DNA of 64,000 bases from Phycisphaerae bacterium (GTDB lineage: Bacteria; Planctomycetota; Phycisphaerae; UBA1845; PWPN01). The translations under genes and the position numbers were made by a program. The notes under the pieces are model-generated. The model saw only the letters and a program-made list of their open reading frames with translations, was not told the DNA's origin and made no database searches. Location of the stretch: assembly GCA_018003015.1 (NCBI GenBank), contig JAGNEZ010000032.1, positions 5,388 through 69,387 on the forward strand, read 5' to 3'. Shown piece after piece: positions 57,405 through 64,000 of the stretch (positions are counted from its first letter, which is position 1; the number at the start of each line of letters is the position of its first letter).

Positions 57405-58061
57405 CTATCGCATGATCCATTTCTGCCGCTCGGTCTGCCGCTCCGGCACCACGTAGGTCCGCATCGACTCGGCGCCGGGGAACTTGTACGGCAGCTCGAG
57501 GGTCTTGCGCAGGATGAACGCCCGCCGATTACCTGCGTCCTCCGGCTTCTTGGGGTCGTAGGCCGGGTTCTTCACGAACGACACCTCTCCCGACAGTCCG
57601 GCGACGAAGACGGTGAAGCCCTTGGCCTGAGGCTCGAAATCCTTCCAGATCGCGACGCTCGATCGGGCCCGGTCCTGCCCGCGGAGCAGCTTGCCCAGCA
57701 CCTTCTCGGGGGGCAGCAGGGCCGGGTTTCCCGAGCGCCGCTGGATCGCCTGGAAGGCCTCCGGGCTGACCTGCACCTCGTTCTTCACGATCCGCATCGT
57801 GTCAGTGACCAGGGTGAAGTCGGGGTAGAAGTCCACCTCGCGTTCGGTTGAATTCTCAACCGTATAGAGCATGTACCAGTAGACGACCGGCGACCTCTGT
57901 CCCGGCACGGTCACGGCGACCCGCTGGGGATCCTGGAACTTGATCTTCAGTTCCCAGGCGGGCGAAGTGACGGCCGGCTGGGTGGATGACGAGACCGCCC
58001 ATGCAGGCGGCACGGCGGACCCAATGAAGCATAACGTCATTATTAAAAACCACTTACGCAT
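57405..58061 (-). CDS. Secreted hypothetical protein
   Basis: Signal peptide MRKWFLIMTLCFIGSAVPPAWA, with GGAAGG 6 nt upstream of the ATG. Ordinary amino-acid composition. No family recognised. Confidence 0.75.
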   Translation of the reverse strand: MRKWFLIMTLCFIGSAVPPAWAVSSSTQPAVTSPAWELKIKFQDPQRVAVTVPGQRSPVVYWYMLYTVENSTEREVDFYPDFTLVTDTMRIVKNEVQVSPEAFQAIQRRSGNPALLPPEKVLGKLLRGQDRARSSVAIWKDFEPQAKGFTVFVAGLSGEVSFVKNPAYDPKKPEDAGNRRAFILRKTLELPYKFPGAESMRTYVVPERQTERQKWIMR

Positions 58062-58207
58062 GCGTGCCCTTCCAGTCGTCTGCCCCTGGACCGTACGCAG
58101 CCTGCCGGACGATTGGCCCTGCGCAGGGTCCGACCGCCGCGTAAAGAGTCCATTGTAGAAACCCCGGCACCTGAGTCAAGCCGACTGTCCCCGGCCGCCC
58201 GGGCGCG

Positions 58208-58213
58208 TATAAT
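58208..58213 (+). promoter_or_regulatory. Perfect TATAAT hexamer 7 nt upstream of the hpt ATG (candidate -10 of a leaderless transcript)
   Basis: TATAAT at 58208-58213. ATG at 58221. No Shine-Dalgarno between them (CCCGGCC). No convincing -35. Confidence 0.3.
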
Positions 58214-58220
58214 CCCGGCC

Positions 58221-58775
58221 ATGGAAGCAGATCTGGAACGTATCCTCATTCCCCGGGACCGGATCGCCAAACGGGTCAAGGAGTTAGGTCAGGAGATCGC
58301 CTGGACCTACGAAGACGAGGAGGACGACGGCATCACCATTGTGACGATTCTGTCGGGGGCGTTCATCTTCGTTTCCGACCTGATTCGGCAGTTGCCCTTT
58401 CGCATGAAAATCGGGCTCATCACTGTGTCGAGCTATCGGGGGGCGACCACACAGTCCGGCGGAGCCAGGATCAGCCAGGATCTCAATGTTCAGGTCGCCG
58501 GGCGTCATGTTCTGCTGGTGGACGACATTCTGGACACCGGGGGCACGCTCCGACTGGTGCGTGAGCGGCTTGCGGACGCCGGGGCGAAATCGATCCGCGT
58601 CTGTGTGCTGCTTCGCAAGCCGAGCAAGGCCCCGTCCGATCTGAATATCGAGTTCGTCGGCTTCGACATCGAAGACAAGTTCGTGGTCGGGTACGGTCTG
58701 GACTACGACGATCATTATCGGAATCTGCCGGACATTGGTATTCTGCGGCCGGAGCTATATGCGAGTTCGCATTGA
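58221..58775 (+). CDS. hpt: Hypoxanthine(-guanine) phosphoribosyltransferase
   Basis: ILIPRDRIAKRVKELG, IVTILSGAFIFVSDL, and the PRPP-binding motif VLLVDDILDTGGTL. KFVVGYGLDY. Start at MEADLE (58221). Confidence 0.93.
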   Translation: MEADLERILIPRDRIAKRVKELGQEIAWTYEDEEDDGITIVTILSGAFIFVSDLIRQLPFRMKIGLITVSSYRGATTQSGGARISQDLNVQVAGRHVLLVDDILDTGGTLRLVRERLADAGAKSIRVCVLLRKPSKAPSDLNIEFVGFDIEDKFVVGYGLDYDDHYRNLPDIGILRPELYASSH

Positions 58776-59391
58776 CCTTTCCGCCAGGCGCTCGAGCCGC
58801 CAGTCCGCCCAACGGCTCATGCATGCGTCCTGCGGCCAGACGCCCGGGGCCGGTGCGGACGCCCGCCCGATCCCCGCCCTCAGCGACCTGCTGCCCGCCA
58901 ATCTGCTCAGCGGCGACGAGATTGTCATTCTGGCGATGAAGCCTTCTCTCTGGTTTGTCTTGTTTGTCTCGGCCCGCTGGATCCTGGCCATGGCGGTGCT
59001 GCTGGTTCTCGTCGGGAACTGGGGGCACCGGTTTCCGCTACTCGACCGGCCGGTGGTGCTGCAAGGCGCGGTGGCGGTGGCCGCCGCCCGACTGGGTTTC
59101 GCCTTGCTGCAATGGGTATCGCGGCTCTATGTGCTGACCAACCGGCGGATTCTCCGGCTGATGGGCATCCTGAACATTGACCTGTTCGAATGCCAGTTGA
59201 CCAGGATCCAGAACACCTACCTGACGATGAGCTGGTACGAGCGTCTGGTCAGGCTGGGCAGCATCTCGTTCGCGACCGCGGGCACCGGCGGCGTCGAAGC
59301 CTCCTGGTGGTACGTCAATCATCCGCTGGAAGTGCACGAGCGCATCCGTGCGGCGATCCATCGGGCCCGCGGCCCGGCCAACGGCGTCTGA
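58759..59391 (+). CDS. Membrane protein with bacterial PH (bPH_2/YdbS-like) domain
   Basis: Two TM helices followed by LYVLTNRRILRLMGILNIDLFECQLTRIQN...LGSISFATAG, typical of PF03703-type bPH domains. The start is uncertain (58735 or 58759). Confidence 0.72.
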   Translation: MRVRIDLSARRSSRQSAQRLMHASCGQTPGAGADARPIPALSDLLPANLLSGDEIVILAMKPSLWFVLFVSARWILAMAVLLVLVGNWGHRFPLLDRPVVLQGAVAVAAARLGFALLQWVSRLYVLTNRRILRLMGILNIDLFECQLTRIQNTYLTMSWYERLVRLGSISFATAGTGGVEASWWYVNHPLEVHERIRAAIHRARGPANGV

Positions 59392-59409
59392 CCGCAGGGA
59401 CCGCGAAAC

Positions 59410-62310
59410 TCACTCCACCACAAACCAGCTCATGCCTTGGGCGGGCAGGTCGACGGGCAGATCGATGGCGTATTGGCGGTCCAGGCTGAATGATCTGGCT
59501 TCCCCGGTTCGCTCGGCCACGCGCGCCGTCCCGGTCAGGCCGGTATAGTAGAGGTTCACGCGCAGCGTTCGGGTCACCGGCCGGTTGAGCGGATTGAACA
59601 CCACCAGCAGCCCCTTCTCCTTCAGGCCGGGATTCGCGTGCAGCATCCAGTCCAGATCACGAGCGTCGGCCCGGCGGCCATGAACAAGATCACTTTCCAG
59701 AATGTCGCGGTGGGCCTTGTACCAGTCCACCCAGCGCTTAACCATCGCCTTGGTCCGCTCCGTGTCGTACAGCCGGGGTCCTCGATAGCAGGCCTGGGCG
59801 CCAAGAGCCAGGTTGCTGTAGAGCATTCGCTCATAGTGGTCGAGGTGTTCGTCGAGCGGCTCGATCGTGGCCGCGGCACCGCCGCCCTGGTATTCGGTCA
59901 GCGGAACGAACATCCAGCCCATGCTCGGCGTCTTCTCCCAAGTGCCGTCGTAGATATTCTGGCGCGTGTGAATCACCTGCTGTTCCCGGGGCAGTGACCA
60001 GTTGGTCTCCCGGTAGCCCATGCCGGTCTTGTTCGATCCAACCAGGAAATAGTGGTCCGGGACATTGAGATACAGTCCCTGCCCACGGCACCATTGGTAG
60101 AAGCTCGAAATCGTTCGCCATTGGTTCCAGCGCGAGTCGGCGAGTCCGCGATGGCCGGGATGCTCGTCGCTCTGACAGACGTCGCCGGGGTACGAGCCGT
60201 CGTGTTCCAGCAGCGTGAAGCCGCTGTCACGGTGGAACTCATAGAGTCTGGCGAAGTAGTGCTGGCCCCACTTGCTCCCGAGGCAGGGGGAGTTGCCGAA
60301 GGTCGGGCGCTGACCTGGAGGCATAGCCACATCGTTGCCGCCGCCGACCTGTCGAGAGGCCAACAGCGAGTAGCTGCCGATCTCAAGGCCTTTGCTCCGG
60401 GCACGCTCGGCGTACCTGCTGGCCCTTGCCAGCACGGCGGGATCCTCGTTTTCCAGATCGAAGCCGCTGCCAAAGCTGAGGATGATCATCTCGAACCCGG
60501 TCTCGGCGCACTGTTCGATGGCGCTGGCAACGGTGGCCTCGTCGGCCGAGCGAACGTGCATCATGAGCGGATTCTCGGTGATCCAGGGGGCGATGACGCG
60601 GTACATGCGGCGCATCGACAGGCCGCACCGCTCGCGATCGTAGCTGTCGAAGGGCAGGATCCATGTTCGGAACGACTCGAAGGTCCGGCCGGGGGGGATG
60701 TCCTGGGCGGGCCCGAGATCCGGCCCGACCTCCAGCAAGCACGGCGTTTTCTTCTCGTAGTTTACCTGGGTGTGGAAATCCGGATCAGGCAGCCAGCGGA
60801 ACGAGCGGCGATTTGCCCCCGCGGCCATCATCCCGCCGAAGGCCATGTCGGTTTCGACGTACATATTCGGTGTCACCCGCCCGGTGGTGAGTTCGTCCAC
60901 CTCGGCCACACGCTCGACAACGGCGAGGATCTCGCTGGAGAATCGATCCAGCCGGATAGGCTTGTCCGTACCGTTGCGGACGGTGAGCCACTTGCTGTAA
61001 CACGGCAGACCGTCGTACAACTCGTAGTGGACGGAAACGGTGACATTCCTCGAGCCGATGCCGGTTTCTGGCTGGGCCTTGGCGGCGTCGAACGGTCCGA
61101 ATACCCGCACTCGTTCGATGCGGCATCGTGACCATTCCGCGTCCGGATGGACCTCGTCGCCGGCCCCCCCGCCTCGATCGGTTTTGCCCACGCGGGCGGC
61201 CCGCAGCGCGGCGCCCGCCCCCGATACCTCGAACAGACGATGAAACTCGGGCTTGTCCTGGCCGGCGTCGGCCACTTCCCACACCATGACCTCGGTCTCG
61301 AGCCGGACCCGCAGGCGGTAGCTGCGTGCCGTGTCGAGGCCACCGTCCGCGGCGGTGAACGCTTTCACCTTGGCCAGCTGTTCGCCGCCGTGGTCACGGA
61401 GCTCGAACTGGCCGTGGACACCCCGGTCGCCGGGCCGCAGGTTCACCTCGACCACGCGTCCCGAGAACACGAGACCGAGGCCCGGCCCCCAACTCGTGTC
61501 GTGGTCGGTGCCGGGGCTGATGACCGCTTCGACCAGCGATACCTCTTCCGGGAGGTCTCGCTCAGCGTAGCAGTGAGTCCCGGCGAGGGCGTGAATCTCG
61601 CCCGCCTTGCCTTCGTTCTGGAAACTGATGCCCTCGGCGTGCCGGGATGCGATGATCCTCCAGGCGGGGTCGAGCCTGCTGAATCCTTCGTCCCAGAGCA
61701 AGGATCGTCCTGCGGCGGAGGGTATTCCCTCCCCCAGGCCGCCGAGCGGCCAGGCGAAATCCAGCCTCAGCGATACGCCGTCCGGCGGCCATTTGGCGTT
61801 CGGCGCGTGGTGTCGAACCCGCTTCCAGGCGAATCGCTCGTTCAGCTTGCCAACCTCGAAGCCGACGAAGCGAAACGCCGCCGAATCCGCCCTCAATTGA
61901 TCTACCCACTCCGGCCGCAAGAACGCGTAATTAGGCTGGCCCTTCAGTCCGCCGACCTCGTAACGCCTGCCGTCGAGCTCGATGGTCGCCTCCGGCTTGA
62001 CCCCGCGCAGGACGGCCTCGCCGGTCACGAGATTGTCGAGTCCCACCGTGGCGGCATTCGGTGCCATCCGGAAGGTGCGGGCGATGAGTCCGTTGGCCAG
62101 CACGAGCTCATGGGACCCCGGGCCGCGAAAGACGCCCGCCTTGTAGCCCGAGCCATCGATGAGCCAGTCCTTGGCGCCCGCCCGCCCGGGCCCACGCCAA
62201 ACGGCCAACTGTTCAAGGCACGGCGGAACCGCCTCGCCTTCGGTCGGACCAGGAGAGCCTGTCAGGGTCCCACAGGTGAGCATCGATAGAACGACGCTGG
62301 TCATGTTCAT
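59410..62310 (-). CDS. Large (966 aa) hypothetical protein, glycosidase-like central TIM-barrel region (family unassigned)
   Basis: GAGGA lies 6 nt upstream of the ATG. Weak N-terminal hydrophobic segment. Central region (MIILSFGSGFDLEN...LEIGSYSLL...LEHDGSYPGD...MGWMFVPLTEYQGGG) is reminiscent of clan-D-like glycosidases. No family can be named from memory. Confidence 0.78.
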   Translation of the reverse strand: MNMTSVVLSMLTCGTLTGSPGPTEGEAVPPCLEQLAVWRGPGRAGAKDWLIDGSGYKAGVFRGPGSHELVLANGLIARTFRMAPNAATVGLDNLVTGEAVLRGVKPEATIELDGRRYEVGGLKGQPNYAFLRPEWVDQLRADSAAFRFVGFEVGKLNERFAWKRVRHHAPNAKWPPDGVSLRLDFAWPLGGLGEGIPSAAGRSLLWDEGFSRLDPAWRIIASRHAEGISFQNEGKAGEIHALAGTHCYAERDLPEEVSLVEAVISPGTDHDTSWGPGLGLVFSGRVVEVNLRPGDRGVHGQFELRDHGGEQLAKVKAFTAADGGLDTARSYRLRVRLETEVMVWEVADAGQDKPEFHRLFEVSGAGAALRAARVGKTDRGGGAGDEVHPDAEWSRCRIERVRVFGPFDAAKAQPETGIGSRNVTVSVHYELYDGLPCYSKWLTVRNGTDKPIRLDRFSSEILAVVERVAEVDELTTGRVTPNMYVETDMAFGGMMAAGANRRSFRWLPDPDFHTQVNYEKKTPCLLEVGPDLGPAQDIPPGRTFESFRTWILPFDSYDRERCGLSMRRMYRVIAPWITENPLMMHVRSADEATVASAIEQCAETGFEMIILSFGSGFDLENEDPAVLARASRYAERARSKGLEIGSYSLLASRQVGGGNDVAMPPGQRPTFGNSPCLGSKWGQHYFARLYEFHRDSGFTLLEHDGSYPGDVCQSDEHPGHRGLADSRWNQWRTISSFYQWCRGQGLYLNVPDHYFLVGSNKTGMGYRETNWSLPREQQVIHTRQNIYDGTWEKTPSMGWMFVPLTEYQGGGAAATIEPLDEHLDHYERMLYSNLALGAQACYRGPRLYDTERTKAMVKRWVDWYKAHRDILESDLVHGRRADARDLDWMLHANPGLKEKGLLVVFNPLNRPVTRTLRVNLYYTGLTGTARVAERTGEARSFSLDRQYAIDLPVDLPAQGMSWFVVE

Positions 62311-62418
62311 GTTCCATCCTCGATTCGCGGACCGCGCCCAGACGGCCCGGGTTCAGATCGCGGCCCTGGCGGGCGACCGCCGGCCCTCTATCACCACGGG
62401 GAGCGTCAATCCCGGGTC

Positions 62419-63486
62419 TCACACCACTGTCCAGTCGTGCAGCCACTGGTAGCGAGGAGAGAGGTTGGCAAGGAGATTGTCGGCGCATTCGCGCAAGGCC
62501 TGCTGGTCCTTCGCGTCCAGCGGCCTGTGACGTTCGTAGGACGCCTTCACATTCTCGTCGAGTTGCGAGGCCACCTCGACCCCGGGAATGACCGCCGACA
62601 ACCGCTTCTCCTGCAGCATCGCCTTGAGCAGCGCGGGAGCTCGCGAATCGACCTTGCCGTTGAACTGCGTCGGCTTGCCCCCGAAGGTCGCTCCCGCCGC
62701 GAACGGCTTGATTCCAATCACGCCGACATCCTTCTCTTGAGCGAGGGCCAGCAGGCTGTCTCCGTCGTAGGCCTTCGTCAGGAACATGTACGGGAACAAG
62801 ATCACCGAGAACTGCGGGTACTTGGTGAGTACCCGCCGGAACACGCTCGGCTTGTGGGCCGAGATCCCCAGAAAGCGGACCTTGCCTTGTTTGTGAGCCC
62901 TCTCAAACACCCCCGCAACCAGATCGAGCGTCTTCTCGTTGACTTCCCACATGGTCGCCTGCCGGGTCTGGCCTTCGCCCCAGGTCGCTCCGACCGGTCT
63001 CCACAGATCGAGCCTGTCGGTCTTGTACGCCCTGAGACGAGCGTCGATCTCCCGGAGCATGCCATCGGGACTCAGATGGTCCTCATACTCGCTGGTGAGT
63101 TTCTCCGGCCAGGAGGCGAAGCCGATGTAGAAGTGTTTGCGGAGATCAGAGCCCATCGCTTGTCCGTAGAGGGCGCATTCCTCGACGATATTGTTGTCGA
63201 CGTAGTTCATGCCCAGTTCGATCGCCCTCTGGAGGACCGGCCGGCGGTCCTCGACCGATCTGCCGCCGTGGCCGCCCAGGCTGATCTCGGAAATCATGAT
63301 CCCGGTCTTACCCAACCGCCGGTACCCCATCTTGGCGTTGTAGTTGAGGATCTTCGCGGTGTCGGCGGGCATGGTCCCGGTGACCGCGGCCCCGACGAAG
63401 CCCCCCTGATGGACCAGGGCGGTACCCGCAACCATCGCTCCGGCACTCTGGATGAACTCCCGCCTGGTCTTCTCCTTTGGCGACAT
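62419..63486 (-). CDS. Aldo/keto reductase with twin-arginine signal
   Basis: AGGAGA lies 7 nt upstream of the ATG at 63486. TAT motif TRREFIQSAGAMVAGTAL. AKR core YRRLGKTGIMISEISLGG...FLGISAHKP. Confidence 0.88.
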   Translation of the reverse strand: MSPKEKTRREFIQSAGAMVAGTALVHQGGFVGAAVTGTMPADTAKILNYNAKMGYRRLGKTGIMISEISLGGHGGRSVEDRRPVLQRAIELGMNYVDNNIVEECALYGQAMGSDLRKHFYIGFASWPEKLTSEYEDHLSPDGMLREIDARLRAYKTDRLDLWRPVGATWGEGQTRQATMWEVNEKTLDLVAGVFERAHKQGKVRFLGISAHKPSVFRRVLTKYPQFSVILFPYMFLTKAYDGDSLLALAQEKDVGVIGIKPFAAGATFGGKPTQFNGKVDSRAPALLKAMLQEKRLSAVIPGVEVASQLDENVKASYERHRPLDAKDQQALRECADNLLANLSPRYQWLHDWTVV

Positions 63487-63926
63487 GGACGTATCTCCTG
63501 TGTTGGGTTGGGCACCCGCCCGAGCAGGGCCGCTGGCCTCTGACCAGCATACCATAGAATAGCCGAAACCTGGGCCTACAGCCCGGTCGCGATGGTCGGA
63601 AGTGACCATGGCAGCACTGGAGCTCCCATCCTGCCCCCTACCAGACCACCCGGGGAGGGAATCCACGCCGGATTCGAATCTCCTCACCGCCGGTGAATCA
63701 GTTCCCAGTCAGGCCCAGCAAACGCAGGTGACGCCACTGCTTGAGTCAAGCCTGACAGGCGAACCTCGCTGCCTCGTGCCGAAAACAGCCTGCCCTGCGT
63801 TGGACCGGCCGATGGGTGCGGATGCCGTCGCTGGCGTGGCGTTGTCCTTGGCGTTAAATTGGGAAATCTGGATTCATCGGGGTGGATAGGGCTGGCGTGA
63901 GCTGTCCCGCCGCGAGGAGACCGAAC

Positions 63927-64000
63927 ATGGGAACGACCAAACCGAGTAGGCGAACGATCCTCCATCATGGGCTGGCCGGAGCGGCCGCGGGGGTGGCCGT
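63927..64000 (+). CDS. 5' end of a gene encoding a TAT-signal protein (truncated by window edge)
   Basis: GAGGAGA lies 6 nt upstream of the ATG at 63927. It translates to MGTTKPSRRTILHHGLAGAAAGVA, a twin-arginine-type signal. Only 24 codons are visible. Confidence 0.5.
   Translation, partial: MGTTKPSRRTILHHGLAGAAAGVA

Noticed and set aside
63670-63680. A GGATTCGAATC sequence resembling a tRNA T-arm/T-loop.
   Set aside because: Flanking sequence does not form the 5-bp T-stem, acceptor stem or anticodon arm. The match is just a GATTC/GAATC palindrome. I could not fold a tRNA anywhere in the intergenic regions.

Overview
This is a high-GC chromosomal segment. My hand counts of single 60-nt lines give about 62-68% G+C. 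Gene content looks typical of Planctomycetota/PVC bacteria: a DUF1559/pilin-like protein, several twin-arginine Gfo/Idh/MocA oxidoreductases, DUF1080, dockerin-like secreted proteins, and GH29/GH95 fucosidases. I can support about 46 protein genes, tightly packed and often translationally coupled through 4-nt overlaps.

Most genes are housekeeping:
- Metabolism and lipid synthesis: zwf, carA, trpG/pabA, yggS, hpt, coaX, pgsA plus a PAP2 phosphatase, LOG.
- tRNA modification and translation: trmB, miaA, dus, rpmA, obg, an MnmE-like GTPase.
- DNA uptake and repair: addB-addA-comEC.
- Stress, envelope and regulation: hsp20, an L,D-transpeptidase, htrA, fliA.
- Signalling: an HDOD-GGDEF cyclase and a Ser/Thr kinase.

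There is also a carbohydrate-active block at about 35.3-48.2 kb. It contains GH95, an operon of two TAT-exported oxidoreductases with DUF1080 and DUF3472, an MBL-DinB protein, and GH29.

I saw no rRNA, tRNA, CRISPR array, transposase, integrase or phage genes. The many long ORFs opposite real genes are codon-aligned antisense artefacts of GC-biased codon usage.

Nothing here is unambiguously a new system. The candidates I consider most worth follow-up are:
1. The periplasmic oxidoreductase/DUF1080/DUF3472 operon flanked by two fucosidases, a possible oxidative glycan-cleavage module.
2. A stand-alone protein with tandem MshEN-like motifs directly upstream of the HDOD-GGDEF cyclase, together with a Ser/Thr kinase carrying the same kind of N-terminal module next to fliA.
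3. Two large secreted glycosidase-like proteins of unassigned family, one on a single-gene low-GC island.
4. A C-terminally truncated MnmE-like GTPase.

All promoter, terminator and function-of-unknown calls are inference from sequence reading only.
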